Shown piece after piece: positions 46,161 to 56,351 of a DNA stretch of 64,000 nt; the first letter of the stretch is position 1; each line of letters opens with the position of its first letter. Source of the stretch: Candidatus Dormiibacterota bacterium. Lineage in GTDB: Bacteria > Chloroflexota > Dormibacteria > Aeolococcales > Aeolococcaceae. Location: the NCBI GenBank assembly GCA_963709585.1, contig CAVPXI010000023.1:96001-160000 (forward strand). Direction: 5' to 3'. Below the pieces are notes generated by a model. The model ran no database searches. It was not told the DNA's origin and was given only the letters and a program-made list of their open reading frames with translations. The position numbers were made by a program, and so were the translations under genes.

Positions 46161-46750
46161 CCGACCGCGACAAGCCCGACGACCCCGAGCAACAGATCGC
46201 GCAGCGGATCGCGGACGCGAACCTGCGCATGGAGAAGAGCGTCGAGGCCCTGCATCGCGAATTGATGACCGTGCGCACCGGGCGCGCGTCGCCCGCGCTG
46301 CTGGAGCGATTGCACGTCGACTACTACGGGTCGCCGACACCGCTCCAGACCATCGCCGGGATCAGCGTCCCGGAGGCCAGCATGCTGGTCATCCAGCCCT
46401 ACGACCGCACCTCGCTCAGCGCCATCGAGAAGGCGATCCAGAAGAGCGACCTCGGGCTCAACCCGAGCAACGACGGCCAGGTGATCAGAGTGGCGATCCC
46501 GCAACTCACCGAGGAGCGGCGCAAGGAGCTCGTCAAGGTGATTCATCGCAAGGCCGAGGAGGCGCGCGTTGCGGTGCGCAACATCCGCCGCGACGAGGTC
46601 GACCATCTGCGCCGCGTGGAGAAGGACGGCCACGTCAGCAAGGACGAGGTGGCCACCAAGCTCATCGATGTCCAGAAGGTCACCGATCAGTTCATCGCCA
46701 GGATCGACGACGCCATCCAGAGGAAGGAGGCTGAGATCCTCGAGGTCTGA
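46157..46750 (+). CDS. frr: Ribosome recycling factor
   Basis: [31 protein letters not shown]. Confidence 0.97.
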   Translation: MTDRDKPDDPEQQIAQRIADANLRMEKSVEALHRELMTVRTGRASPALLERLHVDYYGSPTPLQTIAGISVPEASMLVIQPYDRTSLSAIEKAIQKSDLGLNPSNDGQVIRVAIPQLTEERRKELVKVIHRKAEEARVAVRNIRRDEVDHLRRVEKDGHVSKDEVATKLIDVQKVTDQFIARIDDAIQRKEAEILEV

Positions 46751-46808
46751 CGGAGACCCGCGCCGAAACGGCCGACGCCTTCGGGGCGTTCTGACCCAGA
46801 GCCCCACA

Positions 46809-47603
46809 ATGCAGCGCCCACCCGCTCCCGCCGCGATCCCGCCTCCCGCAAGGGCGGACCTGCCGCGGCACGTCGGCATCATCATGGACGGCAATGGACG
46901 CTGGGCCCGCCAGCGCCACCTCCCGCGCGTCGCCGGCCACCGAGCGGGTGTCAGGGCGATCCGTCCGGTGATGGAGGCGTGTCACCAGGCAGGTGTGCAC
47001 ATCCTCACGCTCTACGCCTTCAGCACCGAGAACTGGCAGCGGCCGCGTGGCGAGGTGACGGCGCTGATGCGGCTGTTCGGCGAGACCATCGACCGCGAGG
47101 TCGGCGAGCTGCACGAGAACGGTGTCCAGATCCGGGTACTCGGGGACCGGGCGGGGCTCAGCGAATCGCTCCAGGAGAAGGTGGCGCAAGCCGAGGCCCT
47201 CACCGCGGGCGACACATCGGCGATCCTCAACGTCGCCATCAACTACGGTGGCCGCCGCGAGATCGTCGACGCGATTCGCGAGCTGGCCGGCACCGGCGCC
47301 GACCTCACATCGCTCGACGAGCCGGCAATCAGCGACGCCCTCTACACCCGCGGTCTTCCCGATCCCGACCTCATCGTGCGCACCGCCGGCGAGCTCCGGA
47401 TCAGCAATTTCCTGCTCTGGCAGGCCGCGTATGCCGAGCTTTACGTCACCGACACGCTCTGGCCCGATTTCGGCGAGACGGCGATCCACGACGCGCTCGC
47501 CGACTTCTCAAGCCGGGAGCGCAAATTCGGGACCATCCCTGCGCCCATCGAGCGTGTCCCCGCCCACGCCGGCACCGTTCAGCACGCCACCCGGGCGGAA
47601 TGA
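46809..47603 (+). CDS. uppS: Polyprenyl (undecaprenyl) diphosphate synthase
   Basis: HVGIIMDGNGRWA, YAFSTENWQR, NYGGR, RISNFLLWQ. Confidence 0.96.
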   Translation: MQRPPAPAAIPPPARADLPRHVGIIMDGNGRWARQRHLPRVAGHRAGVRAIRPVMEACHQAGVHILTLYAFSTENWQRPRGEVTALMRLFGETIDREVGELHENGVQIRVLGDRAGLSESLQEKVAQAEALTAGDTSAILNVAINYGGRREIVDAIRELAGTGADLTSLDEPAISDALYTRGLPDPDLIVRTAGELRISNFLLWQAAYAELYVTDTLWPDFGETAIHDALADFSSRERKFGTIPAPIERVPAHAGTVQHATRAE

Positions 47604-48412
47604 ACCTCGCCGTCAGGGTGGTGTCGGGGCTGGTGCTCGTGGGGGTCATCGTCGCCGCGCTCTGGATCGGGACGGCTGCGGTCGCCGCCGTGGTCGGAGC
47701 GGGAGCGCTGATCGGCGCGTGGGAGCTGCGCGGGCTCCTCGGGCGGATCGGGCCGACCCCGCCGCCCGCGTGGTTGATCCTGCCGCTCAGCGTCTGGCTC
47801 GGGATCCGGTTCGTCCTGCCCGCGTCGGACATGGCGACGGACTGGGCCTTCGCGGCGGCCGCGGTCGTTGGCCTGCTGGCCGGCCTCGGGACACGGGAGC
47901 GTTTTAGCGGCTGGGCGCTCGCGGTCGGCGGCGCCACCTACGTCGGCCTCTGCCTCGGGTTCTGGGTGGCGATCTACCGGTGGCACACGACCGACTCGAC
48001 ACATCTGGGGTTCCGGCTCGTCATCCTCGCACTCGCGGGCGCGGTGATCGGCGACACCGCCGCCTTCCTTGTCGGGTCCGCGCTCGGGCGCCATCCCTTC
48101 TTCCACTCGATCTCTCCGCGCAAATCTGCGGAGGGTGCGGCCGCAGGAGCGATCGCCTCGATACTGGTCGGCGCCATCGCCGGCCCGTTGCTGATCGGCA
48201 TCAGCGTCCCCCTCGGCGCCGTCCTCGGCGCCCTCACCGCGGTCGCGGCTCAGGGCGGGGACCTCGTCGAGTCGGCGATCAAGCGCGAGGCCGGGGTCAA
48301 GGACTCGGGCACGCTGATCCCCGGCCATGGGGGCCTGCTCGACCGGGCAGACAGCCTTGTCCTGCTCGCGCCGGTCGTATATTGCTACCTGAAGCTGATC
48401 GCATTCCCGTAA
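47600..48412 (+). CDS. cdsA: Phosphatidate cytidylyltransferase
   Basis: DTAAFLVG, ISPRKS.EG, GDLVES.IKR.AGVKDSG.LIPGHGGLLDR. Confidence 0.94.
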   Translation: MNLAVRVVSGLVLVGVIVAALWIGTAAVAAVVGAGALIGAWELRGLLGRIGPTPPPAWLILPLSVWLGIRFVLPASDMATDWAFAAAAVVGLLAGLGTRERFSGWALAVGGATYVGLCLGFWVAIYRWHTTDSTHLGFRLVILALAGAVIGDTAAFLVGSALGRHPFFHSISPRKSAEGAAAGAIASILVGAIAGPLLIGISVPLGAVLGALTAVAAQGGDLVESAIKREAGVKDSGTLIPGHGGLLDRADSLVLLAPVVYCYLKLIAFP

Positions 48413-48470
48413 CTCCGCTGAAAGCGGTGGCGTGCTCTGCTCTACTTCGAATCGAGGGATCTGCTCACAA

Positions 48471-49631
48471 GTGACCCAACCCACGCCCCGCCGACGCGTC
48501 GTCCTGCTGGGCGCGACCGGTTCGATCGGCCGTCAGGCTTGTGACGTCATCGCCAGGTTCCCCGATCGATTCGAGCTGGTCGGTGCCGTGGCGGGGAGTG
48601 ATGGCGCCGCGCTGGCGGCGGTCGCGACTCGCTTCGGGGTGACCCGCACTGCGCTCGTGCACGGCGACCCGCGGGGTTCGGCGCCCCCCGGGTGTGCGAC
48701 CGGCATCGATGCGGCATGTGAGATCGCCGCTATGGAAGCCGATGTGGTCTGCGTCGCGATCACCGGGGCCGCCGCGATCCGGCCGACACTCGCCGCGATC
48801 GATGCCGGGGCCACGGTCGCGACGGCCACCAAAGAGGTCCTGGTCATGGCCGGCGAGCTGGTCAAAGCTCGCGCCGCCGCGGCCGGGGCACGCATCATCC
48901 CGATCGACAGCGAGCACTCGGCGCTCTGGCAATGCCTGCGTGGTGAAGACCCGGCCTCGGTGTCCCGGCTGGTGCTCACCGCGAGCGGCGGGCCGTTCCT
49001 CCGGCGCCCGATCGACACGTTTGCTACGATCACACCGGCCGAGGCACTCGCTCACCCGACCTGGAACATGGGACCGAAGGTCACCATCGACTCGGCCACG
49101 ATGATGAACAAGGGGCTGGAGATCATCGAGGCGCACTTCCTCTTCGACACCGACTACCCGTCGATCGACGTCGCCATCCAGCCGACCAGCATCGTGCACA
49201 GCTGGGTCGAGTTCCAGGACGGCGCCGTGGTCGCCCAGCTGGGCGTTCCGGACATGCGTGTGCCGATCGCGCTGGCGCTGGCCGATGGCGAGCGGCTTCC
49301 CGGTGTCGGGCCGTCCCTCGACCTTCGTGACGCCTCGCCGCTCGAGTTCCTTCCCGTCGATGGGGCCCGTTTCCCGGCTGTGGCGCTCGCGCGGGCGACG
49401 GGGAAACGCGGTGGGCTCGCCCCCTGCGTCTTCAACGCCGCCAACGAGGAGGCGGTGACCGCCTTCATGGCCGGAGCGTGCCGCTTCGACGAGATCGTCC
49501 CGCTCGTTGGTGCCGCGCTGGCAGCCTTCGACGAAGGCGACGCGTCGACAGTGGACGGCGTGCTGGCCGCCGACACCTGGGCGCGCGGATTCGTCCGCGC
49601 GAGCACCGCTCCGGCGATCGCGACGCGATGA
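48471..49631 (+). CDS. dxr: 1-deoxy-D-xylulose-5-phosphate reductoisomerase
   Basis: LGATGSIG, PIDSEHSA, LTASGGPF, HPTWNMGPK.TIDSAT, NAANE. Confidence 0.96.
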   Translation: MTQPTPRRRVVLLGATGSIGRQACDVIARFPDRFELVGAVAGSDGAALAAVATRFGVTRTALVHGDPRGSAPPGCATGIDAACEIAAMEADVVCVAITGAAAIRPTLAAIDAGATVATATKEVLVMAGELVKARAAAAGARIIPIDSEHSALWQCLRGEDPASVSRLVLTASGGPFLRRPIDTFATITPAEALAHPTWNMGPKVTIDSATMMNKGLEIIEAHFLFDTDYPSIDVAIQPTSIVHSWVEFQDGAVVAQLGVPDMRVPIALALADGERLPGVGPSLDLRDASPLEFLPVDGARFPAVALARATGKRGGLAPCVFNAANEEAVTAFMAGACRFDEIVPLVGAALAAFDEGDASTVDGVLAADTWARGFVRASTAPAIATR

Positions 49632-50902
49632 CCCAGTTCCTCATCTACGCCGGCGCCTTCATCCTCGTCCTCGTCTCGGTGATCACCGTCCACGAGTTCG
49701 GACATTTCGCGGTCGGCAAGCTTTCGGGCATCAAGGTCGAGGAATTCGCGATCGGGTTCGGTCCCAAGCTCTACTCGCGCCGGATCGGCGAGACCCTCTA
49801 CGCGATTCGAGCGATCCCCGCCGGCGGTTTCGTGCGTATGGCCGGCATGCTCGGGCTCACCGGCGAAAGTGATGCCGGGGAACGCAACTTCTACCGCGCG
49901 TCGCGTCCCCGGCGCTTCGCGACCGTGTCGGCGGGCATCGTCGTGAACTTCATCTTCGGCGGGCTGATCTTCGCGATCGTCGACATGCAGCCGACCCCGT
50001 ACAACTTTGCATCGCACGCAGCCGCGGGGAAGGCGGGGCTCGTGTCCGGCGACACCATCCTCGCGATCAATGGGCATGTGATCCGCCAGGACAACGCCGC
50101 GGATGTCACCACCGATCTGCACAACGCGACCATCGCAAGCCAGGGAAACCCGCTGACGGTTCTCTACCGCGCCTCGGACGGCAGCACCCACACGACGACG
50201 CTGACGCCAACGCTCACCATCACCAACATCGTCAGCGGCGGGACGCTGCCCGAAGGTGCACTCGCGGTGACGTCGATCAACGGAACCCCGGTCGGCAGCG
50301 GCGACCCGGCGACGCTGCTGGGCAGCGGCTCCCCGATCACGATCAGCGGCTTCCTCGAGAACGCCGACGGATCGCCATCCCGGTACTTCACGAACGTCAC
50401 CGTGTCCGGGATCAAGGACGGCTACGCGACCAACAACGCGATCCGGGCGAGCTGGATCATGGGCGTCGTCCCCGGCTTCGACGGCTTGAGCGCGCCGGCT
50501 GCGATCGCCACCGGTTTCAGCGCGATCCCGACGTTCATCTGGGCTGAGGTCACCGGGATCTACGGCCTCATCGTCCACCCGCCCCAGGGCGGGATCAACG
50601 GTCCGCAGGGCTTCACCGGGCCTGTCGGCATCGCGCAGGAGACGGCCGTCGCCACCAACAATGGATTTCTCGGACCGAACGGGCTGGTGTGGTGGATCGG
50701 GTTCATCAGCCTCAACCTCGGATTCGTCAACATGCTGCCGATCCCGTTCCTCGACGGCGGAAAACTGCTTTTCATCCTCATCGAATCGGTGCGCCGCCGC
50801 CGCCTCAACCCGAAGGTCGAGGCGGCCATCACCGCGGTCGGGCTGGCGGTGATCGTCGTCTTCGCCGTGTATGTCACCATCGGAGACGTGACCCGGCTAT
50901 GA
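49628..50902 (+). CDS. rseP: RIP/M50 zinc metalloprotease RseP
   Basis: HEFGH, FAIGFGP, PDZ-like region, NMLPIPFLDGG. Confidence 0.92.
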   Translation: MTQFLIYAGAFILVLVSVITVHEFGHFAVGKLSGIKVEEFAIGFGPKLYSRRIGETLYAIRAIPAGGFVRMAGMLGLTGESDAGERNFYRASRPRRFATVSAGIVVNFIFGGLIFAIVDMQPTPYNFASHAAAGKAGLVSGDTILAINGHVIRQDNAADVTTDLHNATIASQGNPLTVLYRASDGSTHTTTLTPTLTITNIVSGGTLPEGALAVTSINGTPVGSGDPATLLGSGSPITISGFLENADGSPSRYFTNVTVSGIKDGYATNNAIRASWIMGVVPGFDGLSAPAAIATGFSAIPTFIWAEVTGIYGLIVHPPQGGINGPQGFTGPVGIAQETAVATNNGFLGPNGLVWWIGFISLNLGFVNMLPIPFLDGGKLLFILIESVRRRRLNPKVEAAITAVGLAVIVVFAVYVTIGDVTRL

Positions 50903-52068
50903 CCACCCAGAACGCGCAGACCAAAGAGCGCAGGCCGACGGTTCCGGTTCGCGTCGGGACGGTCGTCATCGGTGGGGCCGCACCGATCGCGGTGCAGACC
51001 ATGACCAAGACCCAGACCGAGGACGCTGCCGCAACCATCGCCCAGATCGAGCGTGCCGCCAAGGCGGGCGCCGATGTCATCCGGGTGACGTGCGACACCC
51101 GTGATGCCGCGGCGGCGTTGCACGAGATCGTGCGCGAGTCGCCGATCCCGATCGTCGCCGACATCCACTACGACGCACCGCTCGCGCTGCTCGCGCTCGA
51201 AGCCGGGGTGCACTGCCTGCGCCTCAACCCGGGCAACATCACCGACAGCGCGAAGGTCGCCGACATCGCGCGCGAGGCGAAGGCGCGCAACGTGCCCATT
51301 CGCATCGGCGTTAACGCGGGCAGCATCCCGCAGCGCAAGGAGCTGACCCGCGGACGCGGCGGATCCATCGAGGAGACGGCACAGAACATGGTCGCCGCCG
51401 CGTTGAGCCATATCCGGGTGCTCGAGGAGCTCGACTTCCGCGACATCAAGGTCTCGCTCAAGGCGAGCGACGTGCTCACCAACCTCGCGGCCAACCGAGC
51501 CTTCGTCGCACTCGGCAACCGCTACCCGTTGCACCTCGGGCTCACCGAAGCGGGGCCGGTGGACACGGGGAGCATCAAGAGTGCTCTCGGGATCGGCCTC
51601 CTGCTCGCCGAGGGGATCGGGGACACGATCCGCGTCTCTCTGGTCGGCTCGCCCGAGGAGGAGGTGCGGGTCGCGCGTCAGATCCTCGCCAATCTCCAGG
51701 AGCGCGGCGATGGGCCGAACCTGGTCGCCTGCCCGACCTGCGGCCGGCTCGAGATCGACATGATGCCGATGGTCGCGCAGGTGTCCAAGGCACTCGAGGG
51801 CGTGAAGCGAACCATCACGGTGTCGGTGATGGGCTGCGTCGTCAACGGGCCCGGCGAGGGCATGCATGCGGACATCGGCATCGCCGGCGGCCGCCAGAAG
51901 GGCATTCTGTATCGCAATGGCAAGGTGGTCTCGACCCTGCCCGAGGGTGAGCTCGTGAGCGCGCTGCTCGATGAGTTGCACGAGATCGCCGAGGAAGATG
52001 CACGGCTGATCGCCGACGGCAAACCGCTGCCCGTCGGTCTGAGCGAGCGCGAGGCCGTCCTCACGTAG
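50899..52068 (+). CDS. ispG: HMBPP synthase (flavodoxin-dependent)
   Basis: VQTMT, ADIHY, RLNPGNI, RIGVNAGS, HLGLTEAG, CPTCGR, MGCVVNGPGE. Confidence 0.97.
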   Translation: MTTQNAQTKERRPTVPVRVGTVVIGGAAPIAVQTMTKTQTEDAAATIAQIERAAKAGADVIRVTCDTRDAAAALHEIVRESPIPIVADIHYDAPLALLALEAGVHCLRLNPGNITDSAKVADIAREAKARNVPIRIGVNAGSIPQRKELTRGRGGSIEETAQNMVAAALSHIRVLEELDFRDIKVSLKASDVLTNLAANRAFVALGNRYPLHLGLTEAGPVDTGSIKSALGIGLLLAEGIGDTIRVSLVGSPEEEVRVARQILANLQERGDGPNLVACPTCGRLEIDMMPMVAQVSKALEGVKRTITVSVMGCVVNGPGEGMHADIGIAGGRQKGILYRNGKVVSTLPEGELVSALLDELHEIAEEDARLIADGKPLPVGLSEREAVLT

Positions 52069-52079
52069 ACTGCTCGGCC

Positions 52080-53525
52080 ATGGCCGACGAAAAGCGAATC
52101 ACCGCGCAGAGCGAGGATTTTGATCGCTGGTACACGGACGTGGTCCGTCGTGCCGAGCTCGCCGACTACTCGCCGGTGCGCGGCTGCATGGTCATCCGTC
52201 CGTATGGATATGCGCTGTGGGAGCACATCCAGCGCGCGCTCGACGACATGATCAAGCGCACCGGTCACGAGAACATGTACTTCCCGCTCTTCATCCCGGA
52301 GTCGTACCTGCAGAAGGAGGCGGATCACGTCGAGGGCTTCGACCCACAGGTGGCGTGGGTGACCCGCGGCGGCGGCAAGGATCTCGAGGAGCGGCTTGCG
52401 GTGCGGCCGACGAGCGAGACGATCATCGCCTCGATGTTCGCCGGCTGGATCCACTCGTGGCGCGACCTCCCCGTGAAGATCAACCAGTGGTGCAACGTCG
52501 TGCGCTGGGAGCATCGCACCCGGCTGTTCCTGCGCACCACCGAGTTTCTCTGGCAGGAGGGCCACACGTTCCATCAGCTCGACAGCGAAGCGGCCTACGA
52601 GGTCGACACCATGCTCGACTGCTACCGCGAGCTCACCGAGGACTGGCTGGCCATCCCCGTGATCAAAGGGCGAAAGACGGAATCAGAGACGTTTCCCGGC
52701 GCGCGCTACACGGTCAGCATCGAGGCGATGATGGGCGACGGCTGGGCGCTGCAATCGGGCACGTCCCACCACCTCGGTCAGAACTTCACCCGCGCGTACG
52801 ACGTCGCGTACAGCGACCGCGACAACCAGCGCCAGCACCCATTTGAGACGTCGTGGGGACTCTCGACGCGCACGGTCGGCGCGGTGATCATGGCCCACGG
52901 CGATGACATGGGACTGATCCTCCCGCCGAAGGTGGCTCCGGTGCAGGTTGTCGTGGTGCCGATCACACGCAGCAATGACGAGGCGGGCGCCGCGGTCGTG
53001 GAGGAGGCGGCCGCGCGTCTCGAGCGCGAGTGCCCCGCAGGGGTCCGCCTGCGAGTCGACCGTCGCGAGGGGATGCGCCCCGGCGAGAAGTACGCGCACT
53101 GGGAGTTGCGCGGCGTCCCGTTGCGCATCGTCGTCGGGGCCAAGGATCTGGCCGGCGGCAACGTCACCCTGGTGCATCGCGTCGACGGCACACAGGAGAC
53201 CGTACCCCTCACCGGGCTGGCGGCCGAACTCCCGCGCCTGCTCGAGGCATCTCAGCGGGCGATCTTCGAACGCGCTCGCAGGCGCCTCGACGAGCGCAGC
53301 GTCGACGTCTCCAGTGTCGACGAGTTGATTGCGGCATTCGCGGAGCGCCCGGTCTTCGCGACCGCGCCGATGTGCAACACCGAGGAGTGCGAGACCGCGG
53401 TCAAGAATGCGGTGCATGCGCTGACCGTGCGCGTGCTGCGTGCCGACCGGCCCGCGGACGGTGCGCCGTGCATCGCCTGTGGGAAACCCGCCGAGTTCTA
53501 CGCGCTCCTCGCCCGCTCGTACTGA
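52080..53525 (+). CDS. proS: Proline--tRNA ligase, archaeal/eukaryotic type
   Basis: VRGCMVIRPYG, RPTSET, FLRTTEFLWQEGHT, QSGTSH.LGQNF, C-terminal ARSY; no INS domain. Confidence 0.96.
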   Translation: MADEKRITAQSEDFDRWYTDVVRRAELADYSPVRGCMVIRPYGYALWEHIQRALDDMIKRTGHENMYFPLFIPESYLQKEADHVEGFDPQVAWVTRGGGKDLEERLAVRPTSETIIASMFAGWIHSWRDLPVKINQWCNVVRWEHRTRLFLRTTEFLWQEGHTFHQLDSEAAYEVDTMLDCYRELTEDWLAIPVIKGRKTESETFPGARYTVSIEAMMGDGWALQSGTSHHLGQNFTRAYDVAYSDRDNQRQHPFETSWGLSTRTVGAVIMAHGDDMGLILPPKVAPVQVVVVPITRSNDEAGAAVVEEAAARLERECPAGVRLRVDRREGMRPGEKYAHWELRGVPLRIVVGAKDLAGGNVTLVHRVDGTQETVPLTGLAAELPRLLEASQRAIFERARRRLDERSVDVSSVDELIAAFAERPVFATAPMCNTEECETAVKNAVHALTVRVLRADRPADGAPCIACGKPAEFYALLARSY

Positions 53526-53534
53526 GGCGCGTTC

Positions 53535-54458
53535 TCAGGACTGATCGACAGAGATCCGCTCGAGGTGCGCCCAGAAGGCATCGACCGCGGGAGTGTGCAG
53601 GTCGCGGCGTCGCGCCGCGGCGAACGACTGCGAAACTCCGCGCCCGGGGAGCGGGATGATCACGAGCCGTCCGGCGGCGATGTCCTGTTCGACGACCGAG
53701 CGCGGCATGGCCGCGAACCCAAGCCCGGCAAGGAGTGCCGCGTGGAGCGCGCCCTCTTCGAGCTCGAGCGTGTTCTCGGGGTCGACGTGGGCGCCGAGTG
53801 CGTGCGCGGCCAGCGCCTCGGTCGCGCTCCCGCGCTCATGGGCGAGATGGCGATGGGTCACGAGGTCGCGCACCGCGGTGCGGCTCGACGCCAGCGGATG
53901 ATGCGCGGCGACCACGGTCACCAATTGCGTGTGTTCGAGGACAACCGTCTCGACGCCGGGGACGCGCACCGACGACCCGGCGAGGATGATGTCGGCCCGA
54001 CCCTCGACGAGCATCGCGACCAGGGACCGCATCGGCGCCAGCGCGAGCCGCACGTTGATCTCGGGATGCTCGGCGACAAAGGGCGCGAGCCAGTCCGACA
54101 ATCGATGCGCGCCCATGACGCGTCCCGCCGCAACGGTCAGCTCACCACGCTCGAAGGCGAGGTACCCGGCGCGCAGCTCCTCGATCTGGCCCACATCCTC
54201 GAGGACGCGAACCGCGAGCTGGCGGAGCGCACGGCCGACGTCGGTGAGCTGCACGTTCCGACCTACGCGCTGGAGCAGCGGCAGACCGAGGGTGGCCTCG
54301 AGGCGTCGCACCACGCCGCTGACCGATCCCTGGGAGAGGCCGAGCGCCTCGGCGGCGGCGGTCACGTGCTCGCGTTCGGCGACCGCGAGAAAGGTATGCA
54401 GCTGATCGAGGGTGATCCGGGGCCGCGGGTGTCGAGGACGCGTCTGCGGCGTGCGCAT
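53535..54458 (-). CDS. LysR family regulator (CysL-like)
   Basis: ITLDQLHTFLAVAEREHVTAAAEALGLSQ..VS...RRLE..LG..L..R.GR...LT. Confidence 0.9.
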   Translation of the reverse strand: MRTPQTRPRHPRPRITLDQLHTFLAVAEREHVTAAAEALGLSQGSVSGVVRRLEATLGLPLLQRVGRNVQLTDVGRALRQLAVRVLEDVGQIEELRAGYLAFERGELTVAAGRVMGAHRLSDWLAPFVAEHPEINVRLALAPMRSLVAMLVEGRADIILAGSSVRVPGVETVVLEHTQLVTVVAAHHPLASSRTAVRDLVTHRHLAHERGSATEALAAHALGAHVDPENTLELEEGALHAALLAGLGFAAMPRSVVEQDIAAGRLVIIPLPGRGVSQSFAAARRRDLHTPAVDAFWAHLERISVDQS

Positions 54459-54465
54459 CGCGGCG

Positions 54466-55008
54466 TCAGCCGCGAGGCGCCGGTTCCGGGAGGAGGCCGC
54501 TGGCGTCGACTGCCGCGAGCACCGCGGCAACCGATTCGTCGACGGTCTGGGTCCCGCTGTCGACGATCACGTCGGGTGCGTCCGGGGCCTCGTACGGATC
54601 CGAGATACCCGTGAAGTGGTCGATCTCGCCGGCAAGCGCGCGCTTGTACAGCCCCTTGACGTCGCGCTCCGAGAGCACGTCGATCGAGCAGCGGACGTAG
54701 ACCTCGACGAAGCGGCCGACGCGCCTGCGCACCTCCGCGCGAGTGTCCTTGTACGGGGAGATGGCCGCGGTGATGGCGACGACGCCGTTGCGGGTGAGCA
54801 GCTCCGCGACGAACCCGATGCGCCGGATGTTGATATCGCGATCCTCTTTGCTGAACCCGAGCCCGGCACTGAGGGTCTGACGGACCTCATCGCCGTCGAG
54901 CACCTCGACGCGCAGGCCGCGGGCACGCAGCTCGGTCGCGATGCGCTGACCGATCGTCGACTTGCCGGCACCGGACAGACCGGTGAACCAGATCGTAAGA
55001 CCGCTCAT
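54466..55008 (-). CDS. cysC: Adenylyl-sulfate kinase
   Basis: WFTGLSGAGKST, LDGDEVR, LGFSKEDR, ISPY, RDVKGLY, FTGISDPYE. Confidence 0.96.
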   Translation of the reverse strand: MSGLTIWFTGLSGAGKSTIGQRIATELRARGLRVEVLDGDEVRQTLSAGLGFSKEDRDINIRRIGFVAELLTRNGVVAITAAISPYKDTRAEVRRRVGRFVEVYVRCSIDVLSERDVKGLYKRALAGEIDHFTGISDPYEAPDAPDVIVDSGTQTVDESVAAVLAAVDASGLLPEPAPRG

Positions 55009-56207
55009 CCAGCGATCGGTGCGGCGACAGCGTAGGCCGCGCGGAGGATTTCGGCGACCTCGGGCCTGGTGAATTCGTGCGGTATCGGGTCGCCGCGGGT
55101 GAGCATCTCGCGAACCCGGGTCCCGCTCAGGATCACGCGATCGTCGGCGCCGTGCGGGCACGTCTTGGTGCTGGCCATGCTCTCGCACGCCCGGCAGTAG
55201 AAGGAGTGCTCGAACTTGTACGCCGCGAAGCCGAGACGTTCCGCACCGCCGAGCTCGTCGAAGAGCGTCTGGGCGTCGTAGGTACCGTAGTAGTTGCCGA
55301 CCCCGGCCGCGTCGCGGCCGATGATGAAGTGGGTGCAGCCGTAGTTGCGGCGCACCAGGCCGTGGTAGATCGCCTCGCGGGGTCCCGCGTAGCGCATCGC
55401 GCCCGGGAAGACCCCCAGCACCACGCGGTTCGGCGGGTAATAGCCGTCCAGCAACACGCGGTAGCACTGCATCCGGACGTCGAAGGGAACGTCGTCGCCC
55501 TTGGTGACACCCGACAGGGGGTGGAGCAACAGTCCGTCGACCTGCTCGAGCGCGACCTTCGTCAGGTACTCGTGAGCGCGATGCACGGGATTGCGAGTCT
55601 GGAATCCGACCACGGTCGACCAGCCACGATCGGCGAGCGCCGCGCGCGTCTCCGCGGGAGTTGACGGCACATCGCCGGAGGGCTGCGCCGCGACCCGCAC
55701 CGGGCCGGCGACCACCGTCGGTCCCTGCGCGAACAGGGCGGCGACACCCGGGTGCGCCTGGTCGTTGGTCCGGTACACCTCGCGTGCCTCGGCGTCGAGG
55801 TCTCGATCGTAGATCTCGGTCACCGTGAGCGAGCCGAGCAGACGATCGTCGGCGTCGCGAAGGGAGACGACCGCGCCCTCGCGGAGTTTCCGCCCGTGCT
55901 CACCGGCAGGGAGCGTGACCGGGAGCGTCCACACCGTTCCATCGCCGAGCTCGGCGTGCTCGACAACGCTCTCGTAGTCGCTGCGTCCCTGGAAGCCGTT
56001 GAGCGGCGAGTAGGCTCCGCTGCCCAGGAGCCCGAGGTCTGCGGACGCAGTCTCCGAGATACGCAGTGAGGTGAGGTCGCCGGCGCGCGCGCTGAACTCA
56101 GCAAGCTCGTCTCGGGTCATCAACAGATCGACCAGCGCTCCCCCGAGCGGTGAGACGAGGGTTGCCTCTTTCTCTGCCACTCGGGGCTCGCGTGATTCCA
56201 GGGTCAT
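55005..56207 (-). CDS. sat: Sulfate adenylyltransferase (Sat type)
   Basis: GAYSPL.GF, FQTRNPVHRAHE, MRYAGPREA, NYGCTHFIIGRD, SGT.VR. Confidence 0.96.
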   Translation of the reverse strand: MTLESREPRVAEKEATLVSPLGGALVDLLMTRDELAEFSARAGDLTSLRISETASADLGLLGSGAYSPLNGFQGRSDYESVVEHAELGDGTVWTLPVTLPAGEHGRKLREGAVVSLRDADDRLLGSLTVTEIYDRDLDAEAREVYRTNDQAHPGVAALFAQGPTVVAGPVRVAAQPSGDVPSTPAETRAALADRGWSTVVGFQTRNPVHRAHEYLTKVALEQVDGLLLHPLSGVTKGDDVPFDVRMQCYRVLLDGYYPPNRVVLGVFPGAMRYAGPREAIYHGLVRRNYGCTHFIIGRDAAGVGNYYGTYDAQTLFDELGGAERLGFAAYKFEHSFYCRACESMASTKTCPHGADDRVILSGTRVREMLTRGDPIPHEFTRPEVAEILRAAYAVAAPIAG

Positions 56208-56253
56208 CCAGGTCAGTCTACCGGGTGCACCCCTCCGCACAACCCTGCGTCCC

Positions 56254-56268
56254 ATTGCCGCGGGCAAT
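56254..56268. promoter_or_regulatory. Candidate LysR box upstream of sat
   Basis: ATTGCC-GCG-GGCAAT dyad containing T-N11-A, ~55 nt upstream of the sat start. Confidence 0.45.
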
Positions 56269-56351
56269 CAGTCGCGAGAATTCACTCGTTGGACATACTC
56301 TCGTTACATCGTGTTTGAACGAAGCAGTCTGGCCCTACACTCGTAAAGGAC

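Noticed and set aside
52060-52080. T-box leaders for proS or hisS
   Set aside because: proS starts 11 nt after ispG and hisS has a -10-like hexamer 9 nt upstream, leaving no room for a leader.
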